Below are positions 22,601 to 27,978 of a DNA stretch of 64,000 nt, piece after piece; position 1 is the first letter of the stretch; each line of letters starts with the position of its first letter. Position numbers and translations under genes: made by a program. The DNA comes from Lachnospiraceae bacterium (GTDB taxonomy: Bacteria; Bacillota; Clostridia; Lachnospirales; Lachnospiraceae). The stretch spans positions 2,618-66,617 of the forward strand of contig JAFSXN010000190.1 of NCBI GenBank assembly GCA_017444015.1, given 5' to 3'. The notes below the pieces were generated by a model. That model was not told the DNA's origin, made no database searches, and worked only from the letters and a program-made list of their open reading frames with translations.

Positions 22601-25600
22601 GGAAGATCAAATACGGTTTCGATCACTTCGGATAACATCTATGCGTCGCTTACCGAGCCCTTAGAGGGAATGCTGATCAATAAGAAAATAAGGATCTTCT
22701 TCTCTAAAAGAAATCTGCTTGATAACAGCCTTCTTAATAACAAGGGAGGGAGGATAGAGCTTTACCATGCAGGCTATCAGGAGGGAGATACTCCGTTAAA
22801 GACCTGGAGCCTGAACGGAAACGATAATATCGAGCTGAGGATCTCTGATGACGTTAATGATACAGAGGGCTTTGCGGAGGGCTTTACAGCCGGTCAGACC
22901 TATGCGCTGCATGAGGCAGCGGCTCCGGCTGGATTTACAGCGACGAATGACGTTATCTTTACGGTCAAAAAAGACGGAACGGTTACGCTTTCAGACCTGA
23001 ACCAGCTGAACGCCGAGCTGACCGGATCTAATTTGATCATTATGAAGGATACGCCTGTAGAGCTTACGATCTCCAAGAAGGATATGGCAAAGGAGACCCT
23101 GATTCCAAGCGGTATTGCTGGCGGGAAGCTGGCAGTTCTGAGGTATAATAACTCTACAAAGGCTGTTCTGGATCTTAAGAATAACAATAACATCAATCTC
23201 AGCCAGTTTGGAGAGGATGATATCGTAGATGTCTTTGATATTAACGGGAAAGAGCATAAGATAACCGGCAAGCTTTCGACCGGTGAATCAAACGAATACA
23301 TCCTTTGGGAAGTTTCGGCACCTAAGGGCTATTACACGGCGGATCCGATCAGGTTCTATCTGGATGAGAACGGACTGGTACAGGTCAAGGGCGGGACGAC
23401 GACCGATCCTCACATGTCGGGTCTCGGAACAAAAACGTTGAGCATGTTAGATCGGCCGATCGAGTATAAGATCAGCAAGCTGCTTACACGAACCAGCGAG
23501 TATGTCAAGGGAGCAACGCTCAGAATCTATAAGAAAGCATCGAGTCAGCTGAGTGTGTCAGGGACATCCTACTCCTATGTGAATACCGAAGCGGAAGAGA
23601 ATGCAGATATCTATGAGCGGGTCTATGAGTTGACCACCACGGGTGGTGAGAACGTGATCCAGGCGGGTATCCTTGAAGCCGGTGAGAGCTATTTAATCAC
23701 GGAGGCGGAGATTCCTGACGGCTATGTTGCATCAAGCATTAACAACGGCTCTATCAACGGGGAGCCTGTCATCGGGTCGTTTACCGTAGCGCTGTTTGAT
23801 TCAAGCGTCAAGCTGGATGAAAATGGAATTATGCCGCAAGGTACGACGGTATATAACGATCTTCTCAAGATACGCATCTCCAAGCAGTCTTCAGACGAAG
23901 CAGCGCTGCCGAACGCAAAGCTGAAGATCGTTGACGAGAGCGGGGATAATGTTCTGTATGGGCAGGAGTATATCACTACGGGTCTGGATCCTGTATTGCT
24001 GATCGGCGTTGACAAAACTACTCTAAGCCCTGAGACCTTAAAGGTCCTTTCTGAAAATGAAAATGCTCAGATCGTAGGCGCTAAGCTGGATCGTGATCAT
24101 ACCTATACGATCATAGAGACGGAGGCTCCGAGCGGTTACGCAAAGACGGAGAATCTGAGCTTTACGGTAACGAAAGAGGGGACGATTCTCTTTAACGGAG
24201 CAGAAACCGGACAGATCGTTGTTCGGGACGATGAGCTGGAGCTTACCTTTGATAAGAAGGATTCCTCCGAAGCAAGGCTTTCCGGAGCGTCTATGCAGCT
24301 GAAGCTGGGAACGGCTGTAATCGCTGAATGGACCAGCGGAGACAAGCCGGTCATCATTACAGAGGCTCCTGCAAACGAGGATGGCATCATCACCATTAAT
24401 TCGGTTGATTATACCAAGGTTGCGCCCAAGGTCAAGCTGAAGACGGGAAATAAGTATGTCCTTCATGAAGTGAGCGCGCCCGAGGGATACCATACGGCAA
24501 GAGATATAGAGCTGCCGGAGCTTAAGGATACAGATATCCGAAAGAACCTCGGGGATCCGGTGACTATGACCGACTATGAGATCGGGGAGACCTATCTTGA
24601 AGTCAGAAAGAACTGGATTGTACCAGAGGATGAAAACGACTTTGAATATCCGGAGGTTATCTTCATTGACGTTAAGAGAAAGGTGACAGGTGGAGAGAGT
24701 GAGCTTTATAAGACCTTTACCATCGAACGTTCCGAGATTCTTAACAAGGTGGATAATAAGGATGCGGTTCTGCTCAGTTTGACAAAGCTTCCGAAAAATA
24801 ACGAAGAAGGCAAGCCATATATCTATGACGCAGTGGAGAGACTTGCGGATGGAGTGAATACTTTCACTCCTTCTCAGGGAACCGCTTCGACGGACGGAGT
24901 TGTTGAGATCACAAATAAGCTCAACAAGTGGCCGGATACGGAGGTCAGTGTACTGAAGAGATGGGTTCTCTATCGAAACAGCGATGGAGAGCTGAATACG
25001 ACTCCGGTGAAGGATATCACGCTGTTACTCAGGAGAACAACGGGAGTTCGTACGCCTGCCGGCGATCCTGTGATCAGCAGAAAGACGATCACGAAGGAGG
25101 AGTATGACAGCTTCGGTGAATATGGCTTTACCTTTACAGAAGGAACGGAGCAGGGTTATGAAGGGAAGCTTCCGAAATATGATACGGAAAGCGGAAAGAA
25201 GTATGACTACTATGTGACCGAGACAAGCGATGATACTTATGACAGTGTTGTGACAACGCCTGCCGGAAACAGCATCTATGATTACATCGTTACCAATACG
25301 CCGAAAAACGGTAAGATCAATATCAACGGCGTGAAGGCATGGAGCAAGATCCCTGCGGAGGAGAGGTCCAGGCTTCCGAGGATCCGGATCGAGCTTTACA
25401 GAGATGGGCGATTCTTCGATGCTAAAGAGCTGGACGAGAATAACAGATTTATCTTCCCTGATTTGGATCGCTACGGTCTGGGCTATACAGAGGACGGAAA
25501 GATTGATGTGACTCTGTACAAGTACACGCTGAAGGAGATCAATGCCGATACCGAGGAAGAGATCAAGGATGAGGGCAGGTTCACGGTAGACATTCCGGAT

Positions 25601-27799
25601 ATCAGCGGATATACGGAGGATGAGGCGTTAAGCTTTGCTGTTACAATAACAAATACCTGGAATAATGAGTATATTGAGCTTGGAGGAAATAAATTCTGGA
25701 ATACCAGCTTCATTAACGAGGATGGCACAAAGGACACCTTTGTAAGCGATTACAGAGACAGGCCGCTAGTCTATATGGATCTGTATACAGCGGAGACAGA
25801 CGACAGCGGAGTGCCTGTCAGAACGGCGGACGGACAGCTGAAGCTGACGGCAGTGACGGATACTGCCGGGAAAGCGGTGAGCACGACGATCAACTGCTTC
25901 CAGAATTCCTATATTTTCAAGAATCTGCCGAAGTATGATATGTCCTACGATACGCCGAAGCCGATCCTCTATGTGGTTAAGGAGAGAGCCGTAAGCGGCT
26001 ATGTATCATCTCTTCCGGAGGGATACGCGGCGATCTATACGACGGATGGAGTCAGATATCTGCCGACAACCCTGATTGGCTCGTCGGCGGAAGCGGAAGA
26101 CGTTTCTGTTTCGAGCGCTGACTTTACAAATACGCCGAGCCTCTTAAAGATCTCCAAGGTCGACGCAACGGGAGCGGAGGAGCTGCCGGGAGCGATCCTT
26201 GAGCTTGCCAATGAGGACCGTTCATTTGTTGAATCCTGGGAAACGACGGGAACTCCGCATTATGTATCGGCAGTCATACCGGGTGAGACCTATACGCTGA
26301 CAGAGCTTCAGGCTCCAAGAGGATACCGGCTGGCTAAGGAAGCTGTGATCGAAGGTACTGCGTATACAGTTAATCAGGTCACTGCGACCGGAGCTTACCG
26401 GAACAGGGCGTCGGTACAGTTTACTGTTTCGGATATCCAGGTTTCCGCGGATGGGACGGCTACGGTCGTCAAGCCGGTCGTTATGAAGGATGAGGCAATT
26501 ATCGGCAGTCTGAAGGTGACCAAGAAGGATCTGGATACAGGAGATGTCCTTGAGGGGGCTGTCTTTGAAGTGACGACGGCCGGAGGAGTTTCTGTCAAGG
26601 CGATCCGTTATGATACGGATGGGAATAAATATCGGTATTCCGAGGAAGTAAGCGCATCTACGGAGTTTATCACGGACGAAAAGGGTGAGTTCACTCTGGA
26701 GGAGCTTCCTTATGGACAGTATGTGATCCGCGAGAAGACTGCTCCGGCAAGATATGAGCTGACTGCAATGAACCGGGAGGAGCTGACCTTCTCGATCTCC
26801 GACGCGGAAAGCGATGTAACAAAGACCGTTACGGATAGGAAGAAGACCGGAACAGCGATCCTTGTCAAGAAGGCTCAGGATGTAGAAGGAAAGCTTCTGC
26901 CGGGAGCGGAGTTTGAGCTGTGGTCCGACAATCCGACAAGCGCTGTACAGGCTGTCGGCGGAACTCTGGTAAAGGATCCTGCTTATCTTGTCGGAAGATA
27001 TACAACGGATGACAAGGGTGAGATCAAGGTAGAAGGACTGCCTTGGGGTAAATATTGGTTCGTTGAGTCGAAGGCACCGGCCGGATACGGTTATGAGGCG
27101 GATCCTGTGACGATGGAACAGAGTGCTTATGAGTTTAACGTTCCTACTGCGGATGGTTCGTTCGAGATCCCTGTGAACGTTATCGATCCTCCGGCACCTA
27201 AGGTAACGCCTACACCGGGAGTTACAGCAACGCCTACGCCGGGAACGACGGCGACACCTACACCGGGAGTTACAGCAACGCCTACGCCGGGAACGACGGC
27301 GACGCCTACGCCGGGTGTTACAACAACTCCTACACCTACGAGGCGGCCGACACCGACTCCTGGTCCGACAGATGAGCCGACACCGACTCCTACGGATGAG
27401 CCGACACCGACTCCTACGTCCGGTGTAACGCCGATTCCTTCCGAAGTGGTGGTAGTAGTGGTTACGGAAACGCCGACTTCTGCGCCTACTCCGACGACTG
27501 GCGTTACGACAACTCCTGAGCCGACGAGGGTAACAGAGGTGGCCGGAGCTACCACAACTCCTACACCAACGCCGACTGCGGCAGTCCTCGGGGCACGAAG
27601 GACCAAACCAGGAGATGTATTGTCCGGAGTCCTGGGTGTCAGAAGCGCACCGACGGCGGGTGTCCTCGGAGCGAGGGTAGGACCTACGACGGGCGATGCC
27701 GCGAATATCGCTCTGTGGCTGATCATTCTTGCCGCAAGCATCGGAGCAGTGGTTCTGATCCTTGTACAGAGCTCGAAGAGGAAGAAGAGCGGCAGATAA
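7637..27799 (+). CDS. Giant cell-surface adhesin (6720 aa), SpaA/Cna-B/FctA-type multidomain fibrillar protein with a C-terminal sorting signal
   Basis: Uninterrupted 20.16-kb ORF. GGAG lies 8 nt upstream of ATGATGAAG. The signal peptide is [31 protein letters not shown]. About 22 repeats fit the pattern G-x-V-x-L-x-K-x-D...L-x-GA-x-F-x-LY...TD-x-x-G...L-x-x-G-x-Y-x-x-x-E-x-x-AP-x-GY. The C-terminus is VGPTTGD, a hydrophobic helix, then KRKKSGR. Confidence 0.97.
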   Translation: MMKTRGFRSFVAMLALVSMLLENTATVSVFAMEGDASGQQAQETVVETVSESIPEGDEAVTEPEAAPIEEQTQETVSEQVQEESVTVEEPQAEETSDGGEAFEPQVEVTVDNPEEYNKEASPEETVNEDIPETLSILDGNRIEASGYQDLYIAVNTDQMNDRDSFRIRIDGLNSEAVYDDKLNGSLSKSDASIYKLERLDKASLTISAAELSEGMTVEYLLRDDNYPQINLISAPEPEAEKILKVSEDGKSLEGSGYDDLSVTVNTTELKSNIHFSLVLGTTAGVSCNGDPVDGAIEGLSKNAGTINLSDLDAQSFVLYIVGENSNTIAADYSIVSEENGAVRVKVYDSGEEQTVKRVYEYEDEDVKVTATIEKAEAVPDDAYFSVTKIEPDSEEYNFNSYMDALNDNAQDGTSYHSGNTLLYDIAFYTDEDKTEEIEPEEGSVSVAIQFKKDQLNSEIGVEKEDDIEITHLKENEQTIEAETLESTVSPETGALEFATESFSVVAVTNSKGLESYKFSYTATDWANGTHPYAVEMTISTSDLNDKLKDMSGKKAPDLLYRDAKLYYGEVNNSKEIDGYIQKFTNWQNVEGYAEFVKANFTGLPSINSGMNWYDYIKGVYSYGLSYNGGNDGIDISECEIDTKITFNDDYLSSTLGITSEDDLAVVIATPKTGKKAKDEPKKDNIYDYENISTAQDLQVDLTSGANSISFHSTGGCELLLMKIEGAGAGTNGTGPYVPKVNSRYYTHTEIMTGIGNTAVTDGDLGNAEDYGIVANEFRFGDHMDSNVATGKIILDHIAFDHDTYTNNTGQSILASVVEGDSDRWYSDKHHNSPITIFTTDAVKKKYVDDTVDTDLRSRVNDGRIVLDTRYTENQLQTYVTKMVNGTLSETLSEITQNTNRFIDITGGKSSAGGYVIDLTNCEAGTYIINFAEGEYEKYFIAEGSDRGDQPLKIALKTNQNIVFNIPDDKVDLVQLQACIRDKEEDPYHYLLSNDGEGDERTTAVIERIIWNCYNATGVDILKPTFGTILAPNAEVIIDDVSSGWVVADKVHNNGHEWHFFSNKIGKSPIVNVNSVSFPFAVHKSFVTAGTWPAGETFSFKLEAVTNGAPMPTAVTTVEGVENTVIRDTAGPVSADSPSAEFSDISFYPTADGTGQTYIYKISEEPGGNGAVNYDSTVYYAKVEVSTTITETKDASENVTEVTRTAGTPVVTYYTDEACTEETKAAPQSLNFINDVYDGEIEFKVTKSLVESDKTTEADWIRDSSYSFILDGEGTAPMPENDSENGVVVSESADESGNTNKTATVTIDQKDAIKSFGKITFPLVQANYVYTISEGELDETLGKIVKKSEYSYRITAKVTPTPGEGEANVTYEVEKLDSNGTVLETKNALESPFEFVNEKLPSASITFNITKTFDGDEWYDEGFAFTLSETDSNFQPKEGDRYNHPVVIKNDENTKADGLLTASDVLELNFTSEDIGEHYYILREVGTYTNIERDPSEYKYKVNVALNEDGTLTVSYWDLTETETLYNETPYPPETHYDIDTSFNNTRIASLIIGKEISSTLHVVCERMGDQVSVPEPLMGSGHTHRRAYCGDPSHWVFRTDKDGVVTLWELHSGMTGGELQATLYTDDKYNVKMSQDQIKAIKSGDMLYFTTYNDKFQHFGHAIGMDPNSEITDKGPFSFAVKDSNGKYYDTEGRQYDAAPALSINAGQQLKFYNLEPGTYTVEEVDGSKKYTVTVKDENGQAVEVTSGESVSVELTNGATTTKELTFNNEAKWCVLTIVKELVSDSSTGPFYFVITSENGETVKTVEIPDISKDKTVFISDLTPGEYTIQETDADGNVLMQDVRYHITMTASTSTQAGAKEDSPTTYLKSDLNRIDVSLGAGTKTTVTVKNKAAGLILKKTLNGTVPSDEAGRTFYFKVNKVSGGNISDLTADELGNIKVVYEKDGNKVSEAVSSMPISVTVGADGKGEVELAGLPWLSSGYYRITETDQNGKELSFGYPYTVAVTKSDKYTDLDKNGELKEGTSSITLTDRCWIQEIYPEKTFQVEFVNTPTGKLTISKKLVPETAGSGKTYYAVLTRTLNNSTYYYNISKNDFEAERQAFSITPGTDIEVKGLKTDAVYAVYESDQNGNALAQDEKYHISLTADGTVAVANDLTATAEFRNGNYIGSVEITNTLGSLTLNKKVTDSRDENAGGTFEFTVTREFNGTKYYYAANGTASTTETKISVTAGTPVTIPDLPFGTYTVTETDSKIADYVVSGTGTVEIDGSTAKTVTVENTKIYGEVTLTKYDGEETAENLKGLSGVKFQLKTGDGGTGQTTIRVSGANGSYQYDTASLDATMETDSDGKIVVSGLPLGTYSFIETGALDSYVLDDTAKTFTLVKSGTNTTVSYAVKVYNTSFAGGVKFKKIDADNKENTDAGLGGVKFELYKKVSDDPLKYDPYVTDTDIKTDETAGTNLGWVYYYGLPKGDYYLKEVAVNGSSTNGYLATDELLYFTIGEDDDCKKSETEKYVTLSAPASGTTSVITFKDGVALVGNSRIPGSVNIEKLGHSEYVSEDEPLPGAGFELWANVKEDGSKTSNSGYEKLREGTTDPDGKLSFSNLPWGNYILKETTVPDGYTAMADKSFTIGIGTDEKLTWSYTEAGEGAIVDNKITGDVKLEKKDKTTSAAINGAKFNLYRGKKSDLSSLSADNLAKLKKGEAITDTRFTKVNESELVVTEGKIDSSTLAKLGELEYGDYFFVEFEAPKGFTVEEDPIYEVVINGVKESNNVDCYLTVENNEKKGQITLRKVDADNDNAAITGEILDGAKFELWFKQRESQKTWLEKLVGAIAGAFGSDGYTKKKEIEYAYANNTLSLVGDDADIMLNDDGSVTVENLDWGDYYFIEKNAPKGYITPVDEEGNDIRTGHFQIGLDSAGEYADPEGFEITRTISNREDTGYVQFYKVDSRDHSIKLAGAEFNLYYAEDGINYEPYDDTTYTSQEDPRILKIFRADTTGLVEVKDLPWGSYYFLEITAPDGYELEVDEDNKPKKRIEFTIDALHAGATLPYVLDDVENEKVFGDLELYKIDGTAQKNESGETVVAAKGLEGASFYLAEVTDPITNTEKYVEVSGSNGSYEFSKSNGSRTEMQASGSSDGKYKTTDNTDVNNKLTVANLPAGTYRLYEMTAPSGYKVNKDQFVQFTIKDKATTERLKEGYSNHYIYERTFENTDVQAKVRFIKLSENTEPLGGVKFYLYKYHYAADDEEGAVLESDLDANRKIVKEFKGEYNSATTDSGFGDKRTVKGEVAVYGLGEGMYYFIEDETSASQLGHVANLTKYRFKVTQNDAGKFVELENASAIEGKFNGLKAVSNNKAKGSVTFKKVDENGNALAGVTFKLYKVGQDNAIGTFTTTNNNNVISKDGLEWGDYYFEEISAPDEYILLKDPIEFSIPEKSTGLTNVKLDVNLGNIANELVQGEAQLRKIDGENSNNSTNKLQGAHFALYNAATEQIVQHSAEFSASSIDYSDLVTDSDGLIRTEKDLGFGEYYFLETQAPAGYKLSVDANGDPDKRIYFTIDRDHTTAEQVAATFRDHKLGEDDDVPETGNNIIVNERQTGRFKLYKYEMIGEKKVGIPNVTFKLQKRSTGIVNSWHDVTGGEKQTSYDADTPANNGYIEFTDLAWGDYRIVETVPDGYKLKDGEDGKVEFTIDAMHLNTSEAAMSEAQAEIENEREHGKIRLIKVEKNSTGRDGELGATFELWRYVDGVNDVKIGTYEIPSTGTRRGELEIEDERLIWGEKYYFVETESPAGYAGLDRSTNTSTWVDDENTKTEKANLDGRTDLIELQPASANDNTYQIVRIENRKLTKQDVELTKKADETAGTKLNGTLLSGAVFNLYRVEKDALGQETSRELIYAVQNSDGIYTYAEQPTNGSTASLVVGQSGNQLGKLMVKDLTEGSYVFKEITAPAGYKIKTSETCFEIAYYAVNEKNPDTKDDVIVYNSKISAGVTFTKYAMESGEEFKLGGVKFELYKVAETGADERIDEAVYSIDQGGTDTSAAIGSVSYDGLGVGRYYFKEVETPNNAYTLGGPYYFHIDPADDGKVVGLDYDGVDFERIPATDTERYDRVVNTPSTNGHVSLVKYESNDGAATEIPIQGVVFELYRVKSGTETEDTLVDTLTTNGDGKIEKTGLAWGNYYFKEKSVPGDTSVSGSYVISTASTEVFTIGKASMSKELTVYNDKKYGSVSISKTDQNGTALDGVEFTIYKGSVAEANYVGKMTTDAQGKASYGDPDENKDGQKGLVWGEHYVLVESKPLTGYLPAQNIGFDVKKESLHFSYDITNEKIKGYVKLFKRDKETKQGIAGVSFELYKDAGTGNAADDTKITGHTYTTGSDGYVYQNEAGGTQTNKLGPLEYGDYYFKETSTPEGYKPFTGKKTFSIRTNEEVVDLTGDNSLDNEHKLGTVKIHKVGSDGSSLNGAKFMLYGKDNPKSLREAWQKVTTGHYNETEGYYETGDSGYLVIEDLPIGSYDLVEIEAPQGYEIQKDGKKNKVYSFTIIETQLDTVIEPMDIVNDQLKGSVRLIKKSSDPADTIPDGALFKLMLKTAGDADDINVSSLYKDVASASYNASKDAFGTVNGKIEILNALEWGTYYFEEIAAPEGYVFNGAKSKDLVIGAGNDSDGVMAIQTDEIENDKIYGYVRLKKSFSPLADNSNAITKLSGIEFKLIDESDDSEVEIQDADGNNLLVTDENGEISAETIGPLSYGTYHFVEFSLSQEAIDAGYALNNEPSESFKIDSVNTKDTAKEITFVNYAISGSAHVDKTDGTNKISGILFNLYLKEDEDNENAEPYRVATSTAEGVDFTNIPKGEYFFEEDAASAASLGYTADTARYYFTIVSQGDHITEFRKKEADSSEFAEGTVSEIVNEEIQEGQISLVKYIEAEPTDEIANNAKPADISKADFVLRNAVDHSIVYTAEELKANNISNDSSRITVKVGKGSYYFEEVNPVPGYAIDGTGRSNTVSITSDNIYASLTEPLEGMLINKKIRIFFSKRNLLDNSLLNNKGGRIELYHAGYQEGDTPLKTWSLNGNDNIELRISDDVNDTEGFAEGFTAGQTYALHEAAAPAGFTATNDVIFTVKKDGTVTLSDLNQLNAELTGSNLIIMKDTPVELTISKKDMAKETLIPSGIAGGKLAVLRYNNSTKAVLDLKNNNNINLSQFGEDDIVDVFDINGKEHKITGKLSTGESNEYILWEVSAPKGYYTADPIRFYLDENGLVQVKGGTTTDPHMSGLGTKTLSMLDRPIEYKISKLLTRTSEYVKGATLRIYKKASSQLSVSGTSYSYVNTEAEENADIYERVYELTTTGGENVIQAGILEAGESYLITEAEIPDGYVASSINNGSINGEPVIGSFTVALFDSSVKLDENGIMPQGTTVYNDLLKIRISKQSSDEAALPNAKLKIVDESGDNVLYGQEYITTGLDPVLLIGVDKTTLSPETLKVLSENENAQIVGAKLDRDHTYTIIETEAPSGYAKTENLSFTVTKEGTILFNGAETGQIVVRDDELELTFDKKDSSEARLSGASMQLKLGTAVIAEWTSGDKPVIITEAPANEDGIITINSVDYTKVAPKVKLKTGNKYVLHEVSAPEGYHTARDIELPELKDTDIRKNLGDPVTMTDYEIGETYLEVRKNWIVPEDENDFEYPEVIFIDVKRKVTGGESELYKTFTIERSEILNKVDNKDAVLLSLTKLPKNNEEGKPYIYDAVERLADGVNTFTPSQGTASTDGVVEITNKLNKWPDTEVSVLKRWVLYRNSDGELNTTPVKDITLLLRRTTGVRTPAGDPVISRKTITKEEYDSFGEYGFTFTEGTEQGYEGKLPKYDTESGKKYDYYVTETSDDTYDSVVTTPAGNSIYDYIVTNTPKNGKININGVKAWSKIPAEERSRLPRIRIELYRDGRFFDAKELDENNRFIFPDLDRYGLGYTEDGKIDVTLYKYTLKEINADTEEEIKDEGRFTVDIPDISGYTEDEALSFAVTITNTWNNEYIELGGNKFWNTSFINEDGTKDTFVSDYRDRPLVYMDLYTAETDDSGVPVRTADGQLKLTAVTDTAGKAVSTTINCFQNSYIFKNLPKYDMSYDTPKPILYVVKERAVSGYVSSLPEGYAAIYTTDGVRYLPTTLIGSSAEAEDVSVSSADFTNTPSLLKISKVDATGAEELPGAILELANEDRSFVESWETTGTPHYVSAVIPGETYTLTELQAPRGYRLAKEAVIEGTAYTVNQVTATGAYRNRASVQFTVSDIQVSADGTATVVKPVVMKDEAIIGSLKVTKKDLDTGDVLEGAVFEVTTAGGVSVKAIRYDTDGNKYRYSEEVSASTEFITDEKGEFTLEELPYGQYVIREKTAPARYELTAMNREELTFSISDAESDVTKTVTDRKKTGTAILVKKAQDVEGKLLPGAEFELWSDNPTSAVQAVGGTLVKDPAYLVGRYTTDDKGEIKVEGLPWGKYWFVESKAPAGYGYEADPVTMEQSAYEFNVPTADGSFEIPVNVIDPPAPKVTPTPGVTATPTPGTTATPTPGVTATPTPGTTATPTPGVTTTPTPTRRPTPTPGPTDEPTPTPTDEPTPTPTSGVTPIPSEVVVVVVTETPTSAPTPTTGVTTTPEPTRVTEVAGATTTPTPTPTAAVLGARRTKPGDVLSGVLGVRSAPTAGVLGARVGPTTGDAANIALWLIILAASIGAVVLILVQSSKRKKSGR
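9921..10825 (+). other. Choice-of-anchor-A-like segment of giant protein 1
   Basis: LGNAEDYGIVANEFRFGDHMDSNVATG at the start. Near the end: IIWNCYNATG...GTILAPNAEVIIDDVSSGWVVADKVHNNGHEWHFF. From memory this resembles the TIGR04215 signature (GxxLAPxA ... H). Not verified by HMM. Confidence 0.4.
14471..22680 (+). repeat. Array of ~22 tandem SpaA/prealbumin-like (isopeptide-type) domains in giant protein 1
   Basis: Examples: IYGEVTLTKYDGEETAENLKGLSGVKFQLK...LPLGTYSFIETGALDSYVL and AKGSVTFKKVDENGNALAGVTFKLYKV...LEWGDYYFEEISAPDEYIL. The period is about 120-130 aa. The repeats have diverged at the nucleotide level. Confidence 0.75.
24590..26050 (+). other. Four Cna-B-type domains in giant protein 1
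   Basis: TYLEVRKNWIVPEDENDFEYPEVIFIDVKRKV, VSVLKRWVLYRN...ITLLLRR, ININGVKAWSKIPAEERSRLPRIRIELYRDG and IELGGNKFWNT...RPLVYMDLY. These fit the pattern K-x-W-x-D...RP-x-x-[IV]-x-[IVL]-x-L known for Cna protein B-type domains. Confidence 0.6.
27206..27325 (+). repeat. In-frame Pro/Thr tandem repeat (24-nt unit, ~5 copies) within the PT-rich stalk at 27185-27577
   Basis: ACGCCTACACCGGGAGTTACAGCA alternates with ACGCCTACGCCGGGAACGACGGCG, giving TPTPGVTA / TPTPGTTA. Confidence 0.85.
27677..27796 (+). other. C-terminal cell-wall sorting signal of giant protein 1 (non-canonical xPxTG)
   Basis: [40 protein letters not shown]. This is the tripartite layout of sortase substrates. Confidence 0.65.
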
Positions 27800-27831
27800 A
27801 TGATGTAATGAAATAATAGTTGTATACACGG

Positions 27832-27865
27832 AATCCCCCGTACTGCAAGGTACGGGGGATTTTCT
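27832..27865 (+). terminator. Intrinsic terminator of giant gene 1
   Basis: 12-bp stem AATCCCCCGTAC / GTACGGGGGATT with loop TGCAAG, followed by TTTCT. Confidence 0.75.
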
Positions 27866-27871
27866 GATAAA

Positions 27872-27900
27872 TTGATATATTTGCGATTTTAAAGTATACT
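27872..27900 (+). promoter_or_regulatory. Sigma-A-type promoter candidate for 27979..29568
   Basis: TTGATA (27872-27877), a 17-nt spacer, then TATACT (27895-27900). It lies ~79 nt upstream of the ATG, which has GGAG 9 nt before it. Confidence 0.5.
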
Positions 27901-27978
27901 GGAGAAAGGAAGCAGAGGACGGCTTCAGTTTGGAAAACCAGGCGCAAAAAAAGCGCAGATTATTACGGAGACAGAGAA

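Noticed and set aside
26222-27829. Long minus-strand ORFs antisense to the PT-rich stalks: 26222..27829 (535 aa), 27127..27741, 53102..54334 (410 aa), 53263..54243 and 53388..53675.
   Set aside because: Their products are Arg/Gly/Val/Ser-rich low-complexity strings. These are simply the reverse-complement reading of ACN-CCN repeats. They lie wholly inside well-supported giant CDSs and have no start-site signals.
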